Positions 18,762-28,630 of a stretch of DNA of 64,000 bases are shown here, piece after piece. A program made the position numbers and the translations under genes. Every line of letters begins with the position of its first letter. The first letter of the stretch is position 1. The stretch is taken from NCBI RefSeq assembly GCF_028368995.1, contig NZ_JAQNDL010000001.1, positions 1,504,001-1,568,000 of the forward strand, in the 5' to 3' direction. The notes under the pieces are model-generated. The model had not been told where the DNA came from, made no database searches, and saw nothing but the letters and a program-made list of their open reading frames with translations. The DNA is from Nannocystis bainbridge. GTDB lineage: Bacteria > Myxococcota_A > Polyangia > Nannocystales > Nannocystaceae.

Positions 18762-20390
18762 TCACGGAGTGGCCGCGGAGACCTGGACGCTGCGGATCTG
18801 CCCCTGCTCCATCGTGATGACCCGATCTGCGCAGGAGAAATAGCGGTCGTCGTGGCTGACCGCGAGCACGGTCTTTCCGCGGGCCCGGAGCGTGGGCAGC
18901 AGCTCGGTGTAGAAGTATTTGCGGAACTCGGGGTCCTGGTCGGCGGCCCACTCGTCGAAGACGTAGATCGGGCGGTCTTCGAGCAGCGCGACGATCATCG
19001 CCAGGCGCTTGCGCTGGCCGGTCGACAGCTCGCGCTTGGTGAAGCGCCCCTCGGCGAAGGAGGTCTGGCTGCGGAGGTGCATCTGCCCGAGCAGCCGGTG
19101 AACCTCGCCGGCGTCGACGTCGGCGAGGCCGTAGAGGCGCGAGAACAGGTGGAAGTCGGAGTAGATCGTCGTGAACAGCTCGCGGTAGGTGGCGGCGTTG
19201 CGCGGGTCGACAGTGACGCCGTCGACCGACAGTCGCCCGCCGCTCGGCGCGTACAGGCCCGTGAGCGTCTTGATCAGGGTCGTCTTGCCGCTGCCGTTGC
19301 CGCCGACGATGAACAGCACCTCGCCGGCCTTCACGGTGAGGTCGATCGGGCCGATGTGAAAGCCCTGCTCGCTGCCCCCGGCGTGGCCGTATTGCAGGCC
19401 GCGCAGCTCGATCGACGAGATGCGCCCGCCCCAGGGGTCCTCGCCGGGCTCGGAGCTCTCGAGGCCGGCCGCGTCGAGCTTGGCCTCGAGCGCCGCGATC
19501 TCGCCCAGCGCCTGGTTGGAGCGAGTGAACGCGGACACGCCGTTGATGATGCCGCTGAGCGGACCCCAGATGAACATCGTGCCGGCGACGAGCGTGCCGG
19601 TCATCGCCGTGTCCGTCTGCACGTACTGGGGCAGCACGAACACCACGGTGCCGAGCAGCGCGAACAGGCTGCAGTTGGCGAAGATCCAGTTGTCGTCGAA
19701 GATGCGGCCGGACTGGACCGTCGCGCGCCGCATCCGCTCGGAGTGCGCGACGATGCCGGCGCGCAGCTCGCTGCCGCGGCGACGGCTGTACTTCACCTCT
19801 TTGAAGCCGCGCAGCAGATCCGTCAGCGAGTCGAAGAAGCGCAGGCGCGTCTGGGCCTTCTCCTGGAAGTAGCCGTCGAGCTCGCGGATCCTGGCGCGGT
19901 AGATGCTCACGCTGATCGCGGTCAGCACCGCGAGCAAGATGAACGCGGTCGGCGACACGTACGCGAGGTAGAGGCAGGCGAACACGGAGATGCTGGCCGA
20001 CTGCAGCACGTGGGCCATGTTGCCTGCCCACCCGGAGATCACGGCCGCGTTCTCGGTGAGGCGGTCGAAGATCTCGGCGGAGCCGATGCGCTCGATGCTG
20101 GCCAGATCGGCGCGCTCGACCTTGTCGACGATCCGCGTCTTCATGCGGTGCAGCGCCGACTCGACGATGGCCACACAGCGGTGGTACGTGGCGCGCCCCG
20201 CCACGGCGTAGAGGATGACGCCCAGGGCGAACATCGCAAACACGCGAAACTCGGTCGGGTCGGACGAAGCGCTCGCTGTATTGACCAGCGCGAGCACCAG
20301 CACGTTGGCGACGCCGGCGAGGCTGGCCGCGGCCAGCACCGCGCGTCGCTCCCGCCCTGCCTCGTCGAGGAACAGTTCGACGATAGTCAT
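18762..20390 (-). CDS. Cyclic peptide export ABC transporter (PvdE/SyrD family)
   Basis: N-terminal TM helices; Walker A GGNGSGKT, signature LSTGQRKRL, family motif DEWAADQDPEFR. Confidence 0.95.
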   Translation of the reverse strand: MTIVELFLDEAGRERRAVLAAASLAGVANVLVLALVNTASASSDPTEFRVFAMFALGVILYAVAGRATYHRCVAIVESALHRMKTRIVDKVERADLASIERIGSAEIFDRLTENAAVISGWAGNMAHVLQSASISVFACLYLAYVSPTAFILLAVLTAISVSIYRARIRELDGYFQEKAQTRLRFFDSLTDLLRGFKEVKYSRRRGSELRAGIVAHSERMRRATVQSGRIFDDNWIFANCSLFALLGTVVFVLPQYVQTDTAMTGTLVAGTMFIWGPLSGIINGVSAFTRSNQALGEIAALEAKLDAAGLESSEPGEDPWGGRISSIELRGLQYGHAGGSEQGFHIGPIDLTVKAGEVLFIVGGNGSGKTTLIKTLTGLYAPSGGRLSVDGVTVDPRNAATYRELFTTIYSDFHLFSRLYGLADVDAGEVHRLLGQMHLRSQTSFAEGRFTKRELSTGQRKRLAMIVALLEDRPIYVFDEWAADQDPEFRKYFYTELLPTLRARGKTVLAVSHDDRYFSCADRVITMEQGQIRSVQVSAATP

Positions 20391-20426
20391 GGTTCGATGC
20401 CGTCGTACGCCGGTGGCCGGACGGGC

Positions 20427-20645
20427 TCAGCCCGCGGCCTTGGCCATGGCGATCCGCAGGGACAGCGGCCGCATGTCGGTCCACACTTCATCGATGTGGG
20501 CGAGGCACTCTCGCTTGGTGCCACGCTTGCCCGCCTTGCGCCATCCGGCCGGCAGCTCGCGGTCGGCGGCCCAGATCGAGTACTGCTCCTCGTGGTTGAG
20601 GACCACCTCGTAACGCAGGGTGTCATCCGTCTCGTCGTCGCGCAT
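20427..20645 (-). CDS. mbtH: MbtH-like NRPS accessory protein
   Basis: [12 protein letters not shown]...PAGW...[17 protein letters not shown]; start trimmed to ATG 20645. Confidence 0.96.
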   Translation of the reverse strand: MRDDETDDTLRYEVVLNHEEQYSIWAADRELPAGWRKAGKRGTKRECLAHIDEVWTDMRPLSLRIAMAKAAG

Positions 20646-21215
20646 CGAAGTATTCCTGCTCAGTCGGCATCCAGCGGTGAAACGCGACAGCACGCTCGCA
20701 CGTCGGCCGGTCGCCGTCAACATTCATTACGCGTCGCGCGGCGCACGACAGTGAACTGGTCCGGTGAAACACGCGGCGTCACCGATCGCGAGACGCGGCG
20801 TCCGCTACTCACATCCCATCTCCAGGCATTGCCGGCGAGTCGGGCGAATCTGCGCGAACCGCCGAACTGGCTCGCGTACCCGCACCGCGGGCCGCTCCTG
20901 GCCACATGCTTGCACACGAACGTGAGCAGAACGAGGGGTCGGCAGGCGACGATCTGACTCTTGTCATAAGCGCCGAGCAAGCATACGAGCGTCGCATCCG
21001 GTGCTCCGGGAAAGCGCTGCCCGCGGGCGCGTCCCGGAGGCTTTGCAGCGCAATGATCGTCGCATGGTCGTATCCGACGACCGTGCCGGCGTGCGCGTTC
21101 ATGCGTGCCAGACGGGCCAGAGCGGGCTCTTGGCGACAGCCGCGCAGCGCACGCGGCCGAGAAATCGATGCAACGAACCTTGACATTCAAACCCAAATGC
21201 AGTGAGGTACTATCC

Positions 21216-21755
21216 ATGGTGAGCGAGACGACACAAACGAACGAAGTGACCCCTGACCCGGAGGCTCGGCTGATGAAGGCCGACGCGATCATCCATCGCA
21301 ACGTCCTGTGGGCGCTCGGCGCGGGGGTGGTACCGATCCCCATCGCCGACGTGCTCGCCGTCAGCGCGGTGCAGGTCAAGCAGCTCAAGGAGCTGTCCGA
21401 GCTCTACGGCATCACGTTCCGCGAGGACCTCGCCAAGAAGCTCGTCGGTTCGCTGCTCGTCGGCATGGGCGGCGTCGGGGTCGGCGCGGCGCTCGGCATG
21501 AGCTTCGCCAAGCTGATCCCGGTGGTCGGTCAGGCGCTGGGCATCGTCAGCGTGTCGGTCGCGTCCGGCGCCTTCACGCACGCCATCGGCCGCGTGTTCG
21601 TCATGCACTTCGAGTCCGGCGGCACCTTCCTCGACTTCGATCCGCACCGGATGCGCGAGCACTTCAGGCGCGAGTTCGAGGACGCGAAGGACAAGGTCGC
21701 CGAGCTGCGCAATCGGCCCGGCGCGTCGAGCGAGTCGCCCCAGAAGCCGGCGTAG
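21216..21755 (+). CDS. DUF697/YcjF-like membrane-associated protein
   Basis: WALGAGVVPIPIADVLAVSAVQ...LSELYG...AKLIPVVG...THAIGRVFVMHFESGGT; ATG 21216 after GAGG. Confidence 0.8.
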   Translation: MVSETTQTNEVTPDPEARLMKADAIIHRNVLWALGAGVVPIPIADVLAVSAVQVKQLKELSELYGITFREDLAKKLVGSLLVGMGGVGVGAALGMSFAKLIPVVGQALGIVSVSVASGAFTHAIGRVFVMHFESGGTFLDFDPHRMREHFRREFEDAKDKVAELRNRPGASSESPQKPA

Positions 21756-21771
21756 TCCGAAGGAGCCGGCG

Positions 21772-21960
21772 ATGGAATTGACCCTGCTCTTCGTCTACGC
21801 GCTGCCGATCGTGACCGTGCTGGCGCTCGGGCTGCTCGGCACGACGCGGCGCCTCGGCTTCTGGTGGACAGCGCTGCTGTCGATCGTGCTGACGCCGATC
21901 GGCGGATTCATCGCCGCGCAGCTCTCGGGCGCGCGCAAGGCCAAACGGCGAGCAGGCTGA
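21772..21960 (+). CDS. Small two-TM membrane protein (62 aa)
   Basis: AAGGAG RBS; LLGTTRRLGFWWTALLSIVLTPIGG; tight spacing with both neighbours. Confidence 0.7.
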   Translation: MELTLLFVYALPIVTVLALGLLGTTRRLGFWWTALLSIVLTPIGGFIAAQLSGARKAKRRAG

Positions 21961-21966
21961 AATTCT

Positions 21967-23031
21967 ATGGCGAGCACCGAGGAGACGAAGGAGGTCGACG
22001 ACCGTTCGCCCTTCCGCGAATGGAGCGAGAGGACGCTCGGTCAGTTCGAATACCTCACTTACACCGCGCTGGTCGTGGTGCTGCTGATGCTCGGCTTCCT
22101 GTGGCCGCGGATGTTCATCACCATCCCGACCGGGAGCCAGGGGGTGATGTACCGCTATTTCGCCGGAGGCACCGTGACGGAGAGGGTGTGGGGCGAAGGG
22201 CTGCACGTCATCCCGCCGTGGGACCACCTGACGGTGTACGAGGTGCGCCTGCAGCAGAAGACGCTGAAGTTCGACGTCCTCAGCGACGAGGGGCTCAACC
22301 TGCAGGTCGCCATCTCGGTGAAGTTCCGGCCGGACAGCGACATGCTCGGGCATCTGCACCGCGACATCGGCCCCGATTACTTCGCGCGGATCATCGAGCC
22401 GGACATCCAGGCCCACGTCCGGCGGGCCTTCGGCGATCGGCCGGCGTACAAGATCTATTCGAGCGCCAATGACCTGATGGCTGAATTGCGGCGGATCTCC
22501 TCGCTCGCGCGCGACGAACTCGGCGACGGCGAAGAGGAGAAGCCGTACGTGCAGATCCAGGAGATCGAGCTGGTCGACCTCGATCTGCCGGAGGTCGTGC
22601 TCGCCGCGATCGCCGAGCGGTACCGCCAGGAGCAGCTCACGCTCGAGTATCGCCACAGGCTCGAGCGCGAGGAGGCGGAGGCCCAGCGCAAGCGGACCGA
22701 GGCGAGCGGCATCCGCGACTACAATACGATCATCGGCGAGCTCTCCCCCGATGTACTGCGCTGGCGCGACCTCGAAGCGACGTCGGAGCTGGCCAAGGCG
22801 AACAACTCCAAGGTGCTCGTGCTCGGCGGAGGGGCCGGCTCGGGCTCCTCGCTGCTTTTCAACGTCGGTGGTGACTCGTTGCCGGCCGCCGCGCCGGCGG
22901 CCGCCGAATCGGCGGCCTCCAAGTCGACGGCCGCCACTTCGACGGCCTCCAAGTCGACGGCCACCAACTCGACGGCTTCCAATTCGACGGCCGCCACTTC
23001 GGCGTCCACCACGTCGTCCGCGGCTCGCTGA
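21967..23031 (+). CDS. Prohibitin/SPFH (band 7) family protein with Ser/Thr/Ala-rich tail
   Basis: N-terminal TM; GEGLHVIPPW...YEVRLQ, VLSDEGL, coiled coil EREEAEAQRKRTEASGI. Confidence 0.88.
   Translation: MASTEETKEVDDRSPFREWSERTLGQFEYLTYTALVVVLLMLGFLWPRMFITIPTGSQGVMYRYFAGGTVTERVWGEGLHVIPPWDHLTVYEVRLQQKTLKFDVLSDEGLNLQVAISVKFRPDSDMLGHLHRDIGPDYFARIIEPDIQAHVRRAFGDRPAYKIYSSANDLMAELRRISSLARDELGDGEEEKPYVQIQEIELVDLDLPEVVLAAIAERYRQEQLTLEYRHRLEREEAEAQRKRTEASGIRDYNTIIGELSPDVLRWRDLEATSELAKANNSKVLVLGGGAGSGSSLLFNVGGDSLPAAAPAAAESAASKSTAATSTASKSTATNSTASNSTAATSASTTSSAAR
22909..23010 (+). repeat. 15-bp period coding repeat (STAxx) in the SPFH tail
   Basis: tcgacggcc/tcgacggct units every 15 nt, giving SKSTAATSTASKSTATNSTASNSTAATS. 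Confidence 0.7.
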
Positions 23032-23157
23032 GCGCTCGGCGTGAATGCGGCCCCGGAGAATGATCGCCTGCTCGTTTGACGCTCTGGAGCCCGTGTACGA
23101 GGATGCCTTCGCAATGCCCATAGATGCCCCAGTACGCGCGGGTCGCCGCGATTCGGG

Positions 23158-24696
23158 ATGTGCGTGATGGAGACGGCGATTCGCATCGGCCTCGCCCTCG
23201 CGCTGTCTTTCCTCGTGGTCGCGCTGTTCAGGCTCGGCCGCCGCAAACCGGCCTCGCGCAAGGATCCGGTGCGCCGCCGGGGATGGAGCTCCATCCTCGG
23301 TAACGCGCTGTTCCTCGGCGCCTTGTGGGTCGTGGTCGGCGTCATCGCGGCGTTCATGGCGCTCGGCGGCAACCTGGTCGACGCCGTCCCGCCGGTCGCC
23401 GAGCTCGTCGAGGTCCGCGACGAGCTCGGCGAAGCACCGATCGAGTGCGGCCCGCCTGGCCCGCGTGGCCAGCCGACCCTCGTCGAGGTCATCCACAGCA
23501 TCGACCAGGGTCCCTGGCTCACGCAGGCCGCCAGCGCCTTCATGGAGGAGTGCCCGAACGTCCAGCTGCAACTGACCGCGCGCGACGATTTCGACGCTGC
23601 CAGCGCCATTCTCCGCGGTGAGCTGCGACCGACGTTGTGGGCGCCGGCCGAGGAGCTGTCGCTGCGCTACCTCGAGATCCGCTGGGGCGAGCAGTCGAGC
23701 GAATCGCTGTTCCGGATCGACGAGCGGCGCCCCCTCGTGCGCTCGCCGCTGGTCGCCCTGCTGCACGAGGAGCAGTTCCGGGCGCTGCAGGCGATCCGCG
23801 AGGCCGACCGCGACGGGGTGGGGTTCTGGGTCGACGCGCTCTGTCCGACGATCCCTCGCGCGCCCGCGCTCGAAGACGTGCTGCAGGAGGACATGCTCCC
23901 GGGCACCTGGATCGACTGGTACCTGCAGCGCAAGCCGGCGCAGCCCGCTCCGCCGGTCGTGACGAAGAAGGGGCGCGCCGCCGCTGCGGTCCCGTCGAAG
24001 CCCGCCGCTCCGACGATTCCGACGCCCGATGCGCTGCGCTCCTGGGGCCGCGTCAAGCTGGGGTTCCCCGCGCCGACGTCGTCCGCCGGCGGCATTGCGA
24101 CGCTCTCGCTGATGGCCCGGCAGCACCTCCTCGCCGGCGGCGCCGGGGACCTCGCGCCCGCGCTCGAGCGCGAGGGCGAGGTCTTGCAGCGGTGGCTGCG
24201 GCGCTGCAACGCCGGGCGCGACGATTGGTTCGCCTCCGCGATCCTGCTGACCGATCACGTCTTCGACCTCGGGCCGAAGAGCTACGACGGCGTCATCACC
24301 TACGAGAGCCTCGTCTTCCCGATCCTCGGGCGGCTCCAATCCGAACATCTCGGCGAGGTCCGGGTATACTACCCGCCGACGACCTACGTCGCCGAGCACC
24401 CCGCGGTGCTGATGTGGCCCGACGACGAAATGCGCGCCCGTGAACTCGAGGCCGCGCAGCACTGGTTGCAATACCTCGAGAGCGAAGCGGTGCAGCGCAG
24501 CGCGGTCTCGTATGGCCTGCGCCCGGGACGGCTCGACCGCCCGCTCAGCGCATTCGACCTCGAGAAGAACCCCTTCCTCGATCTGCGTCGCTTCGGCATC
24601 GAGCTCGACCCGGAGCTCTCGGAGCCGCCGCGGCCCGACGGGTCGGCGCTGCGCAAGCTGCTCGAGCTGTGGCGCGACGCGACCGGCCGGAGTTGA
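23158..24696 (+). CDS. Membrane-anchored extracellular solute-binding-domain protein
   Basis: Two N-terminal TMs; PTLWAPA, RSPLV, KLGFPAPTSSAGG, ITYES, VYYPPTT...EHP, YGLRP resemble vWA-associated SBP domains. Start may be 23167. Confidence 0.7.
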   Translation: MCVMETAIRIGLALALSFLVVALFRLGRRKPASRKDPVRRRGWSSILGNALFLGALWVVVGVIAAFMALGGNLVDAVPPVAELVEVRDELGEAPIECGPPGPRGQPTLVEVIHSIDQGPWLTQAASAFMEECPNVQLQLTARDDFDAASAILRGELRPTLWAPAEELSLRYLEIRWGEQSSESLFRIDERRPLVRSPLVALLHEEQFRALQAIREADRDGVGFWVDALCPTIPRAPALEDVLQEDMLPGTWIDWYLQRKPAQPAPPVVTKKGRAAAAVPSKPAAPTIPTPDALRSWGRVKLGFPAPTSSAGGIATLSLMARQHLLAGGAGDLAPALEREGEVLQRWLRRCNAGRDDWFASAILLTDHVFDLGPKSYDGVITYESLVFPILGRLQSEHLGEVRVYYPPTTYVAEHPAVLMWPDDEMRARELEAAQHWLQYLESEAVQRSAVSYGLRPGRLDRPLSAFDLEKNPFLDLRRFGIELDPELSEPPRPDGSALRKLLELWRDATGRS

Positions 24697-24740
24697 GCCC
24701 GGGGGCTCCACCGGGCAGCCAGGAATTTGGCACTGGCCAA

Positions 24741-26411
24741 TCACGTGAGCAGCTCGGCGAGGGGGAGCGTGCGGCAACCCCTCGTGCGCAGCCACGCCTC
24801 GACGTCCGCGCCTTCGGCGGTGTGAAAGCCGGCGGCGATCGAGGCGAGCCCTCGCGCGAGCCGCCAGGGCTCGGCGGACTGCTCGAGCATGTCGCAGACG
24901 CGGAAGGCCGCGCTGATGCCCGCCAGCGGCGGTTCGACCAGCGCGGCGCGCAGCGCCTGAATCAGCGGTGATTGAGCCGGCGCGAGCCAGAACAGCCGCG
25001 AAGCGAACGGCGAGCCGGCGGGCAGCTGCCCGGCGATCGCCGCCGGCAGCTCCGACGGCCGGCCGACGGCGATCCACTCGTCCGCCGGCGCGGTCGCCTG
25101 CGTGGCCGACCCGCCGCGCGCCGGCCCGAGTTCGAGCGCCGTGAGTTGCCCCGGGGCCAGGTCCGCGAGCGCGACTTCGAGGCAATGTTCGCCGGGCCCG
25201 GGGGCTTCGCTGCCGTACTTGAGGCCGTCCGGATGGTGGTAGAGCACGAATTGCTGCCACTCGTCGTCGCTGCGATCGACCACGAAGATCCCGCGCCCCA
25301 CGGCCGCCAGCGGGCGACGCAAACCGGAGTTGACCACGCGGCTCCGCATCTGGACCGTGTCGAGCGCCGCGCCGTCGGCCGCACGCACAGTGAAGAACGA
25401 CAGTTGCGCGAACCAGCGGTCGATCGGGAGCAACTGACACCCGCGCCGCCGCAACCACGCCTCGACCGCGTCGGCGCTGCCCGTGTGAAAGCCAGTCGTC
25501 ACCTGGATCGTGCGGCGACCGCCGATCGCCTGCTGCTCGGGCGCGATCAGGTCGGTGAGGCAAAAGGCGTGCCCGGCGATCCTGCCCATCTCCTCGGCGA
25601 TCCGGCGCCCGTCGTCGCTGGCGTCGCACACGGGCTCGGGGATGGCCGCGAACAGCTCGTCGGGGATCGAGGAGCTCGCGGCCACCAGGAAGAACAGCTT
25701 GTCCGCCAGCGGGCCAGCTGCGGGCACCGGCTCGGTGAACGCCGGCGGCAGGTCGCGGAGGCGATACACGAGCAGCCGTTCGCCCGCGAGCAGGCTGGTG
25801 ATGTCGACCGCGCGACACTTCGCGGCGTTGCCCACCCGGCGGACTTCGAAGCCCGGGAACAGCACCGGCAACACCGCCTGCATTCGCCCCTGCGAGTCCT
25901 CCACGCGGAGATGACGGCCGCGCGGCTGGTAGAGGAACATGTGCTGCCAATAGGCCCAGCCGCGCGCCTCGAGCAGCGCGTCGAGGTAGACGCTGAACGA
26001 ATTCGTCAGCGCTCGCGCCTCGCCGGAGTCCTCCTCGACCAGCGAGAAGCCGCCAGAGCGGCGCGCGAGCCCGAGGTAGCTGGTGTCGTACGGAAAATCG
26101 ATCGGGATCCAGCGACCGCCGCCGATGCGCTCGGCGACCCGCGCGAGCGCACCGACGGGGAGCATCCGGATCGCCCCGCGCGCGCCGAAATCACGCCACC
26201 GCTCCTGGCGATGCGACCAGCGAATCTCGACCCCGTCGAGCTCGGCGTAGAACGCCCGCAGCGCGGCAGGCAGGCGCCGGCCGAGCTCGGCCTCGGCCCC
26301 GTCGAGCTCGGCCCCCGACGTCGGTGCCCCCAGCGTCTGCTTGTCGGTCGTGATGTCGGGGTGCGCGGCGAGCTCGTCGATCAGCGCATGGAAGCGGGCC
26401 CGCAACGTCAT
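24741..26411 (-). CDS. SMI1/KNR4 (SUKH)-like protein with duplicated C-terminal domain
   Basis: APTSGAELDGAEAELGRRLPAALRAFYAELDG...SFSVYLDALL; ATG 26411 overlaps the upstream TGA (ATGA). Confidence 0.72.
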   Translation of the reverse strand: MTLRARFHALIDELAAHPDITTDKQTLGAPTSGAELDGAEAELGRRLPAALRAFYAELDGVEIRWSHRQERWRDFGARGAIRMLPVGALARVAERIGGGRWIPIDFPYDTSYLGLARRSGGFSLVEEDSGEARALTNSFSVYLDALLEARGWAYWQHMFLYQPRGRHLRVEDSQGRMQAVLPVLFPGFEVRRVGNAAKCRAVDITSLLAGERLLVYRLRDLPPAFTEPVPAAGPLADKLFFLVAASSSIPDELFAAIPEPVCDASDDGRRIAEEMGRIAGHAFCLTDLIAPEQQAIGGRRTIQVTTGFHTGSADAVEAWLRRRGCQLLPIDRWFAQLSFFTVRAADGAALDTVQMRSRVVNSGLRRPLAAVGRGIFVVDRSDDEWQQFVLYHHPDGLKYGSEAPGPGEHCLEVALADLAPGQLTALELGPARGGSATQATAPADEWIAVGRPSELPAAIAGQLPAGSPFASRLFWLAPAQSPLIQALRAALVEPPLAGISAAFRVCDMLEQSAEPWRLARGLASIAAGFHTAEGADVEAWLRTRGCRTLPLAELLT

Positions 26412-28186
26412 GCGGCGCCCTGCCCTGTCGCTTGCGAGAGCACGGCGGACCAGATCGACGGGAGCAGTTGCACGCCGGCCCCGGTCCCGTCGGGCGGACG
26501 GGCGAGCAACATCGAGTCGGCCTTGTCGCCGGCGAGCGCGTCCAGGGCCGCGAGCGCGCCGCCCGGATCGGCGGGGAGGAAGGCGGCGGCGACCTGCCGC
26601 GCGACGGTGTGGCGGTCCGCGGGGGTGACCTTCCTGGCGGCCTTGAGCGCGAGCTCCGGCTGCCCGTGGCGCATCGCGCGGTGCACCAGCGAGCTCGTGA
26701 CTGCGTTCTTGCCGTAGGTGTCCTTCGCGTAGGCCTGAATGCGCGGCAGATCGGCGAGGTCGGCCTCGAGCGCCGCCGCCACCGCGGACCGATCGCCCTG
26801 CGCGGCCACGATGCGGAGCCGCAGGTCCGCGAGCTGGCTGCGCATGCTCGCCTCGATCCCGACGTCGTATTGCGTCCGCTTCTTGGAAGCGAGAAGACCC
26901 TCGATGGCCGCCAGGATCGGGTCGAGCTCGGCGTGTTCTCCCCGCTCGAGTGCCAGCCCCGCGAGGTCGCTCAAGGCTCCCACCTGCGCCATCACGCTGC
27001 CACCGGTCCGCGGATTCAGCTGGCGCAGCCGCTCGCGCGCCTGAGCCACCGTCTCGACGCCCAGGCGGATCCTGTACAGGGTGAACTTGTCGGACTCGGG
27101 CCAGAGCTCCGGGTCGCGCGCGAGCCGCTTCGCCGCCTCGATCTCGCCGAGCAGGAGGTGGCGCTCGACGAGCTCCGAGGCCAGCGGCTCCTCTTCGGCG
27201 CGGGGCGCCAGCACGTGCCGCGCTTCGGCGTCGCGACCCGCCGCCAGGAGGTGCCTGCCCAGCGGGATGGCCGCGTCCGACTCGAGCGCGACGAGCGTGT
27301 CGAGGTGCTCGCGTGCCCAGGTCGCGCACGCCCGCACTCCGTCGCCTCGCTTCAGCGCGATGTGGCGGTAACCGGCTTCGATGGCGTTGATCAGCGCGAG
27401 CGTGGTCTTCGGATCGTCGACGGCGATCCACAGCAGCGAGTCTGCGTACTGCAGGACCTCGCCGAGCGACTCCGGGTCCTCGCGCAGCCAGCGATCGAGC
27501 GTGCGACGCACCGACTTCGCGGCGCCGTTCGCGACCTGCGCGCGCAACAGCGGCACGAGCGCGGTGAAGCGGTCGGACTCGCCCCACTCCGGCTCGCCCG
27601 CGAACGCCTCGTCGATCACCGCGTCGACGAGCTGCTCCAGCGCGGCCCCCCGCCCGCCGGCACCGACAAGAGCGAGCGCCTCGACGGCGTTGGCGGCCCA
27701 CAACGGGCGGCCCCTGGGGTCCTTGGCCGCGCTCTTCACGAACGCGTCGAGCGCCGCGTCCACGGAGCCGGCTCCGGCCGCCGCGGCGATAGCGAGGGTG
27801 GGTGCCCGCAGGTCGGCGCGGAGCCCCTGGGCGAGCGAGGCCGCCAGCTCGGGCCGTCCGGCGGCGACGCAGCGGCGCGCCGCCTCCTCGATCGCAGCCG
27901 ACTCGCGCAGACGTTCGACGCTGCCCGCGGCCTTGCGGCTCCGGTCCAGCAGCGCCTCGACCGTGAGCGTCTGAGCCGCGGCGGACGCTTTTCCCGGCCG
28001 CGCGGGCTTCGGCTTCGCGGGCGCGGCGGACTTTGCCTTCGCGGTCGCGGGGACCTTCTTCGCGGCAGACTTCGTGGACTTTACCTTCGCAGTCGCGGGG
28101 ACCTTCTTCGCGGACTTTGCCTTCGCAGTCGCGGGGACCTTCTTCGCGGCAGACTTCGCGGACTTCTTCTTCGGCGTGGCACTCAT
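26408..28186 (-). CDS. Hypothetical helical-repeat-like protein with histone H1-like Lys/Ala-rich N-terminus
   Basis: MSATPKKKSAKSAAKKVPATAKAK... followed by an Ala/Leu-rich helical body; coupled to the SMI1 gene. Confidence 0.7.
   Translation of the reverse strand: MSATPKKKSAKSAAKKVPATAKAKSAKKVPATAKVKSTKSAAKKVPATAKAKSAAPAKPKPARPGKASAAAQTLTVEALLDRSRKAAGSVERLRESAAIEEAARRCVAAGRPELAASLAQGLRADLRAPTLAIAAAAGAGSVDAALDAFVKSAAKDPRGRPLWAANAVEALALVGAGGRGAALEQLVDAVIDEAFAGEPEWGESDRFTALVPLLRAQVANGAAKSVRRTLDRWLREDPESLGEVLQYADSLLWIAVDDPKTTLALINAIEAGYRHIALKRGDGVRACATWAREHLDTLVALESDAAIPLGRHLLAAGRDAEARHVLAPRAEEEPLASELVERHLLLGEIEAAKRLARDPELWPESDKFTLYRIRLGVETVAQARERLRQLNPRTGGSVMAQVGALSDLAGLALERGEHAELDPILAAIEGLLASKKRTQYDVGIEASMRSQLADLRLRIVAAQGDRSAVAAALEADLADLPRIQAYAKDTYGKNAVTSSLVHRAMRHGQPELALKAARKVTPADRHTVARQVAAAFLPADPGGALAALDALAGDKADSMLLARPPDGTGAGVQLLPSIWSAVLSQATGQGAA
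28030..28170 (-). repeat. KKVPATAKxKS repeat x3
   Basis: ccttcgc(g/a)gtcgcggggaccttcttcgcgg occurs three times. Confidence 0.8.
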
Positions 28187-28630
28187 GGACGTGGACTCGG
28201 TTCGCTGGAGGTTGGTGACCGGGTGCGAGCAATGCGAGGTCTGGTCGTCTTCGCAGAGGATAACCTCGTAGAAGGTGCCGGTGAGGTTCTTCGCCGTTTC
28301 GCGGGTCGCGGGGAGAGACACGGCGCTCGACAGGCCCTCTCACGGCAGGACGCAGCGAGGAGCTCGACCGTCTCACGAAATTTGTCGAGCCCCGGACCTA
28401 CGGCCCCGCCTCATGCCCTGCCCTACCGAGAACACGGGCGACCGGGCACCTCACGTGTGTTCAGGGAGACGCATGACCAGCGGCGACTCGCCGCTCGTCA
28501 CGCTCTACTGGATGCCCTCGAATCCAGGTCGGCCGTCGCGGTCATCGACGCTGAGCGCGACCTCGAAGCGCTGCTCGTGGCGAGCTCCGACGCCATCACG
28601 CAGCCGAACATCCGGCATACTCTGCGCGGC

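Noticed and set aside
725-20645. Assigning the NRPS to pyoverdine or another known siderophore because of the PvdE-like exporter and Ser modules
   Set aside because: No TonB receptor, ornithine hydroxylase, chromophore module or evident Fur box in the window.
24697-24717. GC hairpins after stops (24697; also about 41427-41447) as intrinsic terminators
   Set aside because: No U-tract, and such stems are common at this GC content.
21664-25950. Long ORFs 21664..25950(-), 18042..20957(+), 54931..58311(+), 54929..57928(-)
   Set aside because: They overlap well-supported genes in other frames or strands and have low-complexity Arg/Ala/Gly composition.
26412-28376. 1211-aa ORF suggesting one large SMI1 fusion
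   Set aside because: The upstream half is an alternative frame over the 26408..28186 gene; the ATGA overlap supports two genes.
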